Positions 1 to 12,018 of a stretch of 64,000 nucleotides of DNA are shown piece by piece. The notes below the pieces were generated by a model, which worked only from the letters and a program-made list of their open reading frames with translations, had not been told where the DNA came from and did not search any database. Position 1 is the first letter of the stretch. The number at the start of each line of letters is the position of its first letter. The position numbers and the translations under genes are program-made. Source of the DNA: Proteromonas lacertae (Eukaryota); contig NGBS01000873.1 in NCBI GenBank assembly GCA_002245135.1, positions 310,001 to 374,000 of the forward strand. The letters are read 5' to 3'.

Positions 1-2
1 AT

Positions 3-143
3 AAGTTGAAATTGACTGTTGATTATCCAAGTGAGTATTTAGATTTAATACAGAAATTGATAATTTTAGATCCTTCAACTAGAACAACAATTACCGAAGC
101 TTATAATACTTTAAATTTGTTATATTCCACAATTAACCAATAG
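3..143 (+). CDS. 3' end of a protein kinase gene (runs in from the left of the window)
   Basis: The frame from base 3 reads KLKLTVDYPSEYLDLIQKLIILDPSTRTTITEAYNTLNLLYSTINQ*, which matches kinase subdomain XI (DLI.KL...DP..R.T..EA). TAG stop at 141-143. Confidence 0.7.
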   Translation, partial: KLKLTVDYPSEYLDLIQKLIILDPSTRTTITEAYNTLNLLYSTINQ

Positions 144-330
144 ATTTAATTATTTTGTATGTTTAGAATAGTTTTTTATATGCATAATAAAACTTATTAT
201 TAATGTGATATAAAATTCTATTGTGTCACATTGTTTTTATTTTGAAAATCTTTACAAAACACAAAACGGCTATATTTCGATTAATCAAAAATACATCATT
301 ATACCTATGCTGTATAATCATTTTCACAAT

Positions 331-552
331 AAATTAGGATGTACAGAAGCGCAATTAGTATTAGCATGGGTTTTAAAAAATAATAATGTGAGTGTAATGT
401 TAATTAGAGCTTCAAATATAGAGCAATTGGATGAAAATTTGAAGCGTTTGGAAATATTACCAAAAATGAGTGATGAAATAATGAATGAAATTGATGAAAT
501 AGCTTGTACTAAACCTATTCCATTTCCTGATTGTAGAACATGGAATAATTAA
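331..552 (+). pseudogene. C-terminal fragment of an aldo-keto reductase (Kv-beta-like)
   Basis: KLGCTEAQLVLAWVLKNNNVSVMLIRASNIEQLDENLK...MNEIDEI is the AKR C-terminus. Only about 190 nt separate it from the upstream kinase stop, leaving no room for the rest of the barrel. The usual IGAS reads IRAS. Confidence 0.65.
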
Positions 553-586
553 AAACATAAATTGATAATAATAATAATAATAATCT

Positions 587-2492
587 CTACTTACACATCT
601 TAATAAATTTTTCTATTTTTGCTTTATATTTTCCATCATCATATTTCAATGCTTCATTAAATGAGCTTAATGCATCAGTTATATTTTTCAACTAACAATA
701 TACACCATATATATATATATATATATATATACCTTATCTAAATTCATTTTTCCTATAGCCATTAATAATTTACATTTCATAATTCTATTATTTTCTCCAT
801 TTACATACTTCTCAGCTTCTTTTAAATATTTAACAGATTCATTGTATTGTTTCTATTCATATGATATATATTTATGAAAACATATATACAACAAAATAAT
901 AATATTGTGATATATTATAATTACTTTCATATTTCTCTTCATCAGATTCTGCATATTTAACGGAATCTTTAAAATATTTTATTCCTTCTTCTAACTTATT
1001 CTATAATAAAAACAAAAAATAGATTTCATTATTATTAATTATTATACTATAGCCATTAAATCATTTCCTATATTCATATAACTAATATATTTCATAGCAT
1101 TACTATCTGACAATTTCAATGTCTGTTTAGATACTTCCATTCCTTTTTCATACTCTCCCTTTCAATAATAATTATTATTATAATATACATTGAGAATATA
1201 ACATGATGTAAGATTGTTATAACATTTCCATTTCTCCTCATTTGATTTAGCATATTTAAGAGCATCATTAAAATATTTCATTGATTCGTTGAACTTACCC
1301 TATATATTCATATATATATAGTAATTATGCTAACTGAAAAGTATAACATCCTGCATCAATAATATGTTTGAATTTCTGGGAATCATTAGAGGAATAATTG
1401 ATTGCTGATTTTGTATATTCTAATGCATTTTCTATTTGGTTTAATTCCACATAGCATTTAGTTAATCCAACACTTAAACCATATTTTTGATTTTTATCAT
1501 TTGTTAGAGAATAATTCATTTTTGAATATTTTATTGCTTTTTCATATTCTTTCTATTAATTAATTAATACAAAATATTATATATATATATAATTACTTTC
1601 TCATAATAAATAACACCCAAATAGTTAGTTACTAACATTTTTTCTTCATTTAATTTTGCTAATGTGAATGCTTTTTCTAAATATGGTATAGATTTATCAT
1701 CTTGATTCTATTATATATATATATATATATATATATAAACTTACTAAATTGTAATAACATATTCCTAAATATGTATTTGATAAAAAATTCTGTTCATGTC
1801 CCATATTCGTTTTTATTGCTTCAGATAAATAAGGAATTGCTTTTTCATAATTATTCATATTATAATAACATGTACCAATGTTGTAATTACATATTGTTTT
1901 TTGATGTTCATCTTCTGCTAGATGTAACATATCTTTATAATTAACTACTGCTTTTTCATAATTTCTCTATAGAAAGTCACAAATTATTATATTTATATAT
2001 TCATATACTAATTTAAAATTTGATGTACCCAAAAACAAGTTACACATTAACATTTCATCTTTAGATTTTGCTAATTGTAAAGCTTTTTCCAAATTTTCCA
2101 CTGCTTTTCTATGATTATTCTATTATTGATTAAAATGAATATATCTATACATCTTGTGCATAAGCTCCACCTAATCCAATATAACACTCTAATGTATCGG
2201 CGTTTGATTCAGTACATTTTAATGCTTCTTCCAGTAATTTAATACCTCTGATTGTATTGCCTTCTTTTAAGCAAATTCCAGCCATTTCAAATAATTTCTT
2301 GTAACTATTTGTCTGTTCAGATATAAAACGATGATTCATATATATTAATCCACAATTATATAATTTGTTGCTGTTGATATTTGAAGTTAAAAGACATCTT
2401 GATGTAGATATGGAACTAAATGGTTTACCTGCTAATTTAATAAGAGTAAATCTTGCAAATGGTGTACTTACTTTTGTTATTCTGTTCAACAT
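587..2492 (-). CDS. Multi-exon TPR-repeat protein with a likely mitochondrial/MRO presequence
   Basis: The N-terminus MLNRITKVSTPFARFTLIKLAGKPFSSISTSR is rich in R/S/T/K with no acidic residues. Repeated TPR-like units follow (e.g. NYNIGTCYYNMNNYEKAIPYLSEAIK), separated by about 10 short introns. TAG stop at 587-589. Confidence 0.8.
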
Positions 2493-2647
2493 TTCAAAAA
2501 AATAAAAAATGAAATTGAGGTTCGAAAATATTGCACCAAAGAAGAACTTTTATTTTTACATCAAATTCACTAAATAAAAACACACATTTGCAAATTTATA
2601 ATAAAGAAAAATGATAAAAATAAAAATAAAAACAAATTCATTTCTTC

Positions 2648-5600
2648 TTAATTTCTAGGTGATTCTGGAGGAGGTGCAGTCATATCTTCAAACACTAATA
2701 CATCAACATGATTACCAGTAGCTTTCTCTAAATCTTCTGCCAACCTTTTATTCTCATCACTATACATTATACATCTTTCTTTAAACTGTTTAGCTTTAAC
2801 AAATACCTCATCTAATTTATCTTTAAGTTTCTGGAAATCTTTTAACTGAGAATCAAATTTCTTTACAACTTCTTTATCATCTTTTCCTAATTTTGATATA
2901 CTTTCTTTCATCTTATATTTCTCTATTTCTCTTGTTTGTTTATTTGCATTTTTCTTCAATTTATCAATTTCAGCCATTAATTCTTTCATTTTCTCAGGAT
3001 TACATTCTCCCATTCTTGCGGGTGATTTTAATTTTGAGTTTTCTTGAGTTAACTTGTGAATTTCTTCCTGTAATTCCATCATCTTTTGAGTCATTGAAGC
3101 TGATATTTCATCTGTGGTTTTACTCAATTCATTGTTCTTATTATTCAAATTGGTATTCTCTTTTGATAAATCATCGTTCTTCTTTTGCAGTTCGTTTAGT
3201 TTATTTGTCAATTCTTCAACTTTTATTTCATTATTTGTTGATGTTTCTACCATAGATCCCATTTGTTCAGATATTTTGATTAATTGATCATCTTTTTCTT
3301 TTGCTGATTCCATTAATTCTTCTATTTGTTTCTTGAGATTGTTTATTTCATTATCTTTTTCAGCTAATACAGTTGATTCTTCAGCACTACTTGATTCTTT
3401 AATTTTGATAATTTCTTCTTCTAATTCTTTTATCTTGTTTTCTTTTTCTTCAACTATTGAATTATCTACTGTATTGGCTGAACTTTCTTTCAATTGATTG
3501 ATCTCACTTTGAAGTTGAGTTATTGTTTCATCTTTATCTTTCATTTGTTGTTCTAGACTTTCTTTTACATTGTTTATTTCATTTTCTAATTCTTTTATCT
3601 TGTTTTCTTTTTCTTCAACTATTGAATTATCTACTGTATTGGCTGTACTTTCTTTCAATTGATTAATCTCACTTTGAAGTTGAGTTATTGTTTCATCTTT
3701 AGCTTTTGTTTGTTGTTCAGATGTTTCATTTAAATTCTTTACTTCTTCTTCTAACTCTCTAATCTTATTATCTTTTTCATTTATTAATTCATTTGCACTA
3801 CTTTCACTTTCAGATTTCATTTGTTCAATTTGGCTCTTCATTTCTTCAATTTCTTTTGTTTTCTCACTTTCATATTCATTATATTTACTTTCAGCGGCTT
3901 CTAAAGATGTTTTAACTGATTCTAGATTGGAATTTAACTCTTCAATTAGTTTCTCTTTTTCCACGATTATATTTGCATTTTCATTATTTTCACTCAAACT
4001 GGCTGTTAAATTGTTTATTTTTTCTTCATATTCAGCAGTTAAAGTGTTAATATTTGTTTGATTCTTTTCATCTATTTCATTAATAGAGTTTTCTAGTTCT
4101 TTATTCTTATTTTCTAATTCTTCTTTTACACTTGTCATACTGTTAATTTCATTTTCTAAAGTGGAACTCTTTTCTTTCATTTGATTTAATTCTTCTTTTA
4201 ATGACTTAATTTCATTGTTTTTTTCTTCTACTAATTCATTACCACTACTTTGAGTTGATTCTATTTGTTCTTTTAATTTTGTAATTTCACTTTCTAATTC
4301 ACTTATCTTTTCATTATTCTTATTAATTTGTTCTGATTTATCGTTTATAGTAGAAATTGTTTCATTTTCATATTGTGTATATTTAGCTTTTTCTTCATCA
4401 ATTTGTGTTTGGAATGTTTTAATTTTGTTATTTAATTCTTCAATTTCTTTATCTTTACTTTGTAATAACTCGGTATTATCAGCTTTAGATTGGAATAATA
4501 AATTTTCTTCTTTTAAATGAACAATTTGGTCGTTTAATGATTGGATTTCTGATTCTTTTGAAGCAATTTGATTGGTTAAATTTCTTATTTCATTATCAAC
4601 TTGTTCTTTCTCTTTCTTTAATTGAGAAACTGTTTCTTCATTGGATTCTTTTACTTGGGAAATTTGGATTTCATAATTTGATTTTTCTGTTTCTTTTTCA
4701 CTTGTTATTTCATCTATTTTAGTTTGTAATTCTTGTTTTACTTGTTCTAGTGATAATGTTAATTCATCAACTTTATTCTTTGATTCACTCAGTTCATTCT
4801 CTTTGTTACTGATTTCAGATTGCAATTCATTGAATTTTGATTCATTTTCACTTTTCAATGATTCTATCTCCTTCACTTTCTCTTCTAATTCACTATTCTT
4901 TTCGCTCAATTCATTCTTTATTGTCTCTAATTCTTCATTCAATGATTGAACTTGTGATGATTGATTACTCAACATTGATTCATGTTTTGATTTTAACTCT
5001 TCATTTTCATTCTTTAATGATTCTAATTCACTATTCTTTTCGCTCAATTCATTCTTCATTGTTTCTAATTCACTATTCTTTGCTTCTAATTGATTTGATA
5101 ATTCACTTTGAGATGAATTTAATGATTCAGTCATTTCTGTTAACTTGGATTGTAATTCACTCAGTTCATTCTCTTTGTTACTGATTTCAGATTGCAATTC
5201 ATTGAATTTTGATTCATTTTCACTTTTCAATGATTCTATCTCCTTCACTTTCTCTTCTAATTCACTATTCTTTTCGCTCAATTCATTCTTCATTGTCTCT
5301 AATTCTTCATTCAAATGATTGAACTTTGACTTGATCTTGATATTGATTACTCCAACATTGATTCATGTTTTGATTTTAACTCTTCATTTTCATTCTTTAA
5401 TGATTCTAATTCACTATTCTTTTCGCTCAATTCATTCTTCATCTGTTTCTAATTCACTATTCTTTGCTTCTAATTGATTTGATAATTCACTTTGAGATGA
5501 ATTTAATGATTCAGTCATTTCTGTTAACTTGGATTGTAATTCACTCAGTTCATTCTCTTTGTTACTGATTTCAGATTGCAATTCATTGAATTTTGATTCA

Positions 5601-7293
5601 TTTTCACTTTTCAATGATTCTATCTCCTTCACTTTCTCTTCTAATTCACTATTCTTTTCGCTCAATTCATTCTTTATTGTCTCTAATTCTTCATTCAATG
5701 ATTGAACTTGTGATGATTGATTACTCAACATTGATTCATGTTTTGATTTTAACTCTTCATTTTCATTCTTTAATGATTCTAATTCACTATTCTTTTCGCT
5801 CAATTCATTCTTCATTGTTTCTAATTCACTATTCTTTGCTTCTAATTGATTTGATAATTCACTTTGAGATGAATTTAATGATTCAGTCATTTCTGTTAAC
5901 TTAGATTGTAATTCACTCAGTTCATTCTCTTTGTTATTGATTTCAGATTGCAATTCATTGAATTTTGATTCATTTTCACTTTTCAATGATTCTATCTCCT
6001 TCACTTTCTCTTCTAATTCATTAGCTTTTTCACTCAATTGATTTCTCACTTCATCCACTTCATTTGTAAGATCATCTATCTCCATATTATTAGCTTCTAT
6101 CATCTTATCTTTCTTCATTATATCTTGTTGAGACTTCTCTTTCAATTTATGTAATTCTTCTTTTATATTAATATTATCTTCACATAAATTCTCATATTTA
6201 TCATCAATCTCATCCTTTTGTTTGTTGGCTTCTTCTAAATTCATTCTTAATTTGTCAAGCTTGGATTCTAACTCTTGAACGTGTGAATCTGAATCACTTT
6301 TACTCTGCTCTAGCTCATTTCTTACTTGAGTAATTTCTTCATCTTTTGATTCAAGTTGAGATTTTAAATTGGTTATTTCTTGTTGGTTATTTTCAAATAT
6401 AAAGTCATTTTCACTTATTTTTCCTTCTAATTCTGTTATTCTCTATATATATATATATATAATAAAATATAAAAGGTATTTATACTGATGTTTTAAATGC
6501 AAGATCCATATTAACTTCGTCTAATTTACCTTTCAACTCTGTTATTTCTGCTTCATGATCACTAATAGTCTTTTCTAATGATTCACGCTGTTGAATACTT
6601 GCTTGAGAATTCTATTTTTGATGTAATTATGATAATTAATATGAAATATACCTTCATTAGTCCCTTTAGTGCATTCATTTCAGCTGTATGCTTTGCTTTA
6701 GCTGCAACTATCTCCTTTTTCGATTTATCCAATTCTTCCTGCAACATTTTCACTCTATCAGAATCTTTTATACCTGAACCATCAGAACACTCAATTTTCA
6801 TTTGATAAGCTTCAAAATCAGCCTATAAATAATTATAAAATATTATAAATACCTTCTCTTTAGCGATTTGTGCTTCTAAATTCTCAATTTGTTTCTTGTA
6901 TACTTCAACTTCATCAGAACTTGCTGAAACTATTTCACCTGAACGAATTAACATTTTAAGATTATTGTTCTAGTAGATATTAATAAGATAAATACTTCAG
7001 CTATTATAGTTTCATTCTCAGATTGTAAATCTGATACTTTCAATAATAGTTTGGAATATTCACTTTTGTCTTTACTTGCATTAATCTCTTTAATTTTCTT
7101 TTGAAGATTCTTGTCTGTTGTGTCAAGCTTCTTTTTAACAGATTCCAATTCTAAATTTATAGTATATTGATCATACCTTTTTTAAGAGTTTTGTTCTCGT
7201 TTTCAAACTATATAAGAAAATGAACTGTAGTTAAAATACCTCTTTAGCTTTAGTCTCCCATTCTGACTCTGATAAATTCTTCTTTCCAAACAT
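2648..7293 (-). CDS. Large E/K/N/S-rich coiled-coil protein with internal tandem repeats; frame disrupted at about 5314-5443
   Basis: ATG at 7293 (MFGKKNLSESEWETKAKE). Short GT-AG introns join ORFs 6948-7148, 6583-6801, 5432-6244 and 2648-5314. The sequence is heptad-like throughout. Confidence 0.8.
3419..3700. repeat. 165-bp (55-aa) tandem repeat, about 1.7 copies, inside the coiled-coil gene
   Basis: ctaattcttttatcttg occurs at 3421 and 3586. KDETITQLQSEINQLKES.ANTVDNSIVEEKENKIKELE appears twice. Confidence 0.9.
4783..6020. repeat. 372-bp (124-aa) near-identical tandem repeat, about 3.3 copies
   Basis: attctatctccttcac occurs at 4861, 5233, 5617 and 5989 (spacings 372, 384, 372). Confidence 0.95.
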
Positions 7294-7487
7294 GTTTTTT
7301 AAACTGCTTTTTGTATTCTAGCTATTGCAATTCAGCTCAATTAATAAGATACAAAGGCTTGAACAACCAAGCAACTTTAAGATTCTTTTTAAGATTTTGA
7401 GCTATTGAAGAGATTAATAGTATTATCAATAATATAATATGTTACAATTAATATAGCAAAATGAATATTGTAGAAAAAATTAGACGT

Positions 7488-8256
7488 ATGTCACAAGATG
7501 TAGTAGAAATTGATGGTAAGACTTTATTGACTTATTACCTTATAGATCCAAACAATAAGTTTCTATGTCAATGGTGTGGTAATGTATTTTTATCAAGCCA
7601 AGTAAAATTGCACAAATGTAAAGAACCTAAAGATGCAAAAGAAAAAGGAAGTCAAGTATTATAACATATAATTCCAAATAATAATACTAGTTTGTTGTCT
7701 TTGAAGCTCCTCCTCCAGAATCACCACATCCAGAAGCAAGTGATGGTCCAGCACCATCTTTGAAAAATCAAATGTTCAGATGTAAACAATGTGGATTAAT
7801 ATTTTATACACAAGATTTACAGGAACATTCTTGTATAATATTAGAAACTGTTAATATATGAATAGTAAATTGTGAAAACAAGCATATAATAGATAATAAA
7901 ATAGTTGGAGGACAATATGAGCCAATGAATAGTGAAAATACACCCATAGAAGTAGATCATGATTGTCTTCATACTCGTATATATATATATATATATATAT
8001 ATTGTATTGTCTATTTATAGGTCGTGAAAGTGCATTCCAATGTAAATATTGTTATAACATATTTACAAGCAGTGAAGCAAAGAAACATTCTTGTCCAAAA
8101 AGACCTGAAGATGAAGATGTTGAAAGTCAAGTATAATAATATATTTCACATTTTTTATAGTTTCATATATTGAGTAATGATTTAAGTAATTTAGAAGAAG
8201 CACAAACACCAAGAGAAGAAGAGGAAAAACCAAAAGAAGAAGAAAGTAAAGAGTAA
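7488..8256 (+). CDS. Small multi-exon protein with three C2HC zinc-finger-like motifs
   Basis: After splicing it contains CQWC-x11-HKC, CKQC-x11-HSLNC and CKYC-x11-HSC. There is an alternative start at 7461. TAA at 8254-8256. Confidence 0.7.
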
Positions 8257-8374
8257 AAAATTAGATGTGTTATGTTATATAGAAATTATATATTTCATTG
8301 TTTTGTTATATATTTTTTTCTATTTATAAAATAATTTTAAAAAAATAACATAATTGTTAATAATAATTTAATAA

Positions 8375-9749
8375 TTATCGAACAACCTTTATTCTTGCTT
8401 TCAAACTCTTTTCTTTTTCCTTCTTCTTTCTCTTTTCTTCTGCCTTATCTCTCTTTCTCTTTGCTTCTTCACTCAATTCACTATATTCACTTAAATACTT
8501 TCTTCTTTCTTCTTCTTTTCTTTGCTGAGCTTTCTCTTCTCTTTCTTCATGTTCCTCTCTGCTCTTTCTTTCTAAATACAATTCCCTATACATCTTACTT
8601 CTACTTTCACTTTCTTTACTTAATTTTAAGTATGGAATTTCATCAATTAACCACATAACATATTGTATTAAGCTAATGTAATTATCTTTCATATCATCAT
8701 TGAATAATTCATTTAAACTATATTCCATACTTATACAATTTGAACTCAATACAACACTATCACTTTCACTATAACTTCTTTCATCAGTTATATGTAAAGT
8801 CTTTAATAATTTATTGTTATTACTTTTATTAAGTATTTCTACAAATTCTTTGGGTATGAATTTATTCACTAATTCGGGGCTTTCAGTCAAAATTGAATAA
8901 TTCTTTTTTGGAAAACCATTGGGAATACCAACTTCACTTATTACACTAGCATAATTATTCTATATATATAAAATAAATATAAAACGAATATTTTTTAATT
9001 ATATACCAAATCTCTCATTTTGTAATGATAAGATCTTTGATCTCTTTTCCTACAAATAGCGAATACACAATGTGCCATTTTATTCATAGGTAATGATACA
9101 TCTATTTGAATTGTATCTTCTTTTGGACTAACCATATTCCAAATAACACTGAATAAATCTTGTCGACTTTTCAATTTTAAATGACAAATCATACCGCTAC
9201 AGTTCCTACGACCATAACAGTAAATTTTGTAATCATCTTCGGCATCTTTGACGATTTTGTCGATAGTACCACTTTCATATCCCACTTTAGCAAATTGAGT
9301 TTTTAAGAATGCAGAATTTACATCATACCATCTTTGAGCTATACGACTATTTTGCATTCTACCATACATATAACACATCAAATAGATAGAAAAACCTACT
9401 ATTAGTATGTATTCTATAGTTCTGTCTTCTTTGGGTTGTAATTGTATTTCTATATTTTAATATATATAATCTTTAATATATATACGAGGTGGTAAGCCAG
9501 TATCACTTTTAGTATTGATTGGTTTCTTAGGTTCTGGTATTGGTGGTTGTTTAATTTCACCAATGTCATCTTCTACTTCTAATTCATCATCTGCAACTTT
9601 TATTTCTTCTTTAGGTCTTTCAAATTCTTCATCATCAAACTCTTCTAACAACTATAAATTGAAATATGCATACCATCAATGTTTCTTATTGCATGCGAAG
9701 AAAGAATACATAAAATGAAGAATATATATAGAGAATAAGACAATTTCAT
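8375..9749 (-). CDS. CCDC47: CCDC47-like ER membrane protein (PAT complex subunit, DUF1682)
   Basis: Signal peptide MKLSYSLYIFFILCILSS, an acidic lumenal stretch and a TM segment, then YGRMQNSRIAQRW...TQFAKVG...YCYGRRNC...LKLKSRQDL, and a charged C-terminal coiled coil ending KARIKVVR. Confidence 0.85.
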
Positions 9750-9922
9750 TTAAATGTAGGCTTGTTTATTCAAACTTATTTTTTATTGTTTTTCAGTTTT
9801 TCTCAATAAATATGAACATTTTCAACCCAATCAACATCATCATAATAATAATTCTTATCTGTAACTGTACATTTCAATTTATAATATGTATATTGTTATT
9901 ATGCAGTTTTTTGGACAGTGAT

Positions 9923-11334
9923 TTACTTTTCACATGCTTTTAATGCAATCAAAGCAGCACCTTTACCTGATCCATCTTCACTTAATTCTACTTCAGCATC
10001 ACAACCTAAATGTCTCATAGCTGCAATTAATCTATCATGGTAATGAGGATATAACTTATATAAACTTCCATCAACACCAACGACACATCCTTTAGCTTTC
10101 TCTCCCATTTGTCTGCAAATAGCTGTAATATCACAAGCAGCTAAGATACAAGCTCTTGTAGCAATAATTTCAGCTAATTCCTTTACCATTTTTCTATCTT
10201 CAAGTGTGCTTCCTTTAATACCAGCTTTTTCTAAAACATCATTCACTTCTTTTAAATCTTTAGTTTCATCAGCTTCAACTTCACTCAACTTTGGAGTATC
10301 AAATGATAAATATGAATTAAATTGTGCATCAGTTGCAATAGTAGCTGATTTGAATAACAATCCTTGTGCAACTAACTTCTTCATAACCAATCTGCATAAT
10401 TCACCTAAGTACATTCCAGGATACCATCTTCTCGTTCATTTGTTCACCTACATTGGGAGTTTCTTTATCCATTATATTATCTTCTTCTGTTCTCCAATCT
10501 TGTAATAAACCAAATCCACCACATTCCATATTAATTAACATTTCACCTTCTTTACTACCTTTCCATTTTGGAATGTTGTTAGCCATTTCTACATAAGCAC
10601 AGTTATAACCTGTTCCTAAGATTACACCTACTAAACAAGATGGTTTTTCATAACATTTTGCCATTAATGTACCTACTGTATCATTGACTAAAGCAGCTAC
10701 ACGAATGGTTGATCCTTGACGTTCTAATGCCTGATTTAATAGTTTGGTAGGATCTTCACCTACACATCCTTTTGTAGTAAAACCTTTTGTCCAATGGCAT
10801 AAAGTACCTTCAGTTATGCTGGTTTGACTAACTGGGAATGAAAAAGTAAATCCTAAGTGGAATGTTGTTTGGTGGATCTATTCAAAATATAATAAAAAAA
10901 ATGAATAATACTCATTTCTAATACGCACTTTGCAATAAAATCGAATAATGCAATAGCATCACCATTCATAATCTATTTTATATAAAAAATCATTCATACA
11001 TCAGCTGGAATAGCGAATTTCTTTTCTTCTTGAGTTGATTTACGGTTTCCATGCAAATGATAAATGACAACTCTAAGATAGAAAAAATAAGCTTTATTTA
11101 AAATACCTGAAGTTTGTACCACCAAGATCTAAAGCTAAATAATCGCCAGTTTCAGTTCCTATACAATAATATTAATTATTTTATACCATTTGGTCTTTTT
11201 GTAACGAAGGATGGAATCATCTTAATGGTTGATGGTTCAGCTTTTAAGCCTTTGTCCATTTCACTAAGAAATCTCTTGATGATTTCTTCTTGGTCGTTAT
11301 CTGTGAGTGTGTATTGTTTACGAATTTGCTCCAT
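9923..11334 (-). CDS. HXK: Hexokinase (apparent single-base insertions at about 10420 and 10856)
   Basis: KMIPSFV, ALDLGGTNFRV, LGFTFSFP, WTKGF, VNDTVGT, ILGTGYNCAY, INMECG, EKMVS/GMYLGEL, DGSLY and SEDGSGKGAAL; four short introns. Confidence 0.95.
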
Positions 11335-11393
11335 TGTTGAGAAAAATTGAAATGAAATAAAAGATCCAAAAAATCGATTCGTGTTTTGATTAA

Positions 11394-11405
11394 ATTTGAT
11401 TGGCT
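11394..11405 (-). promoter_or_regulatory. CCAAT box (AGCCAATCAAAT) upstream of hexokinase
   Basis: atttgattggct lies 60 nt upstream of the hexokinase ATG. It matches the NF-Y consensus, and the same 12-mer occurs upstream of PCCB. Confidence 0.55.
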
Positions 11406-12018
11406 AATGAATCGGCATATTTGATAAATTGATGTCGTATGATGAATAGCTATATTATAGTGGTAAAATTTTATTATCTATTCAACTAAAGGTAAAAAAT
11501 TTAATTTCAATTATGTCATCAATAAGAACATTTCAGTTCATAATTATGTTATCAAACTGATGATTAATAGCATATTGTGTTGTCCATAATCCATTTGATA
11601 TGTATCATATTTTATCAAAATATAATTGCACAATAAAGTTTATATTACTTCTTTTATGCCTAATTTATTTATTTCATTTCATAAGGATGTATTATTTCAC
11701 CTTACTGAGGTAAATGTAGTTGTAGATTGCTACATATAAACATTATTTATCATACTTTTATATTATTTTATACACAACAGATTGGAGGAATAGTATGCAA
11801 TACTTTTGACCAAGTATTTTCTATATTGTAACATGTGAGAAAATAAATTAATTATTATCACTCATAACTATTAAATAATTAAGCATATATCATAATCACT
11901 CACTAACCACGATTAACCATTTCAAAATTAAAATAATAAAATCAATGATCAAACCAAAATTCAAGCCTACTCTTTATTGTATTGAATAAAAACATAAGTT
12001 AAAATAATTATTTTATTA

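Noticed and set aside
2893..5904. Plus-strand ORFs, including the duplicated MIHFHFSMILSP... ORFs
   Set aside because: They are antisense shadows of the E/K-rich coiled-coil gene, and the duplication simply reflects its 372-bp repeat.
4783..6020. CRISPR-like or mobile-element interpretation of the repeats
   Set aside because: These are contiguous coding tandem repeats with no spacers or terminal repeats, in a eukaryotic context.
10416..10424. GTATCCTG in hexokinase as a U12 GT-AG donor
   Set aside because: Conserved coding sequence (GMYLGEL) continues immediately; a single extra base explains the break.
11438..11560. Possible box C/D snoRNA (ATGATGA...CTGA) upstream of hexokinase
   Set aside because: No terminal stem or recognisable rRNA guide; such short motifs are expected by chance in AT-rich DNA.
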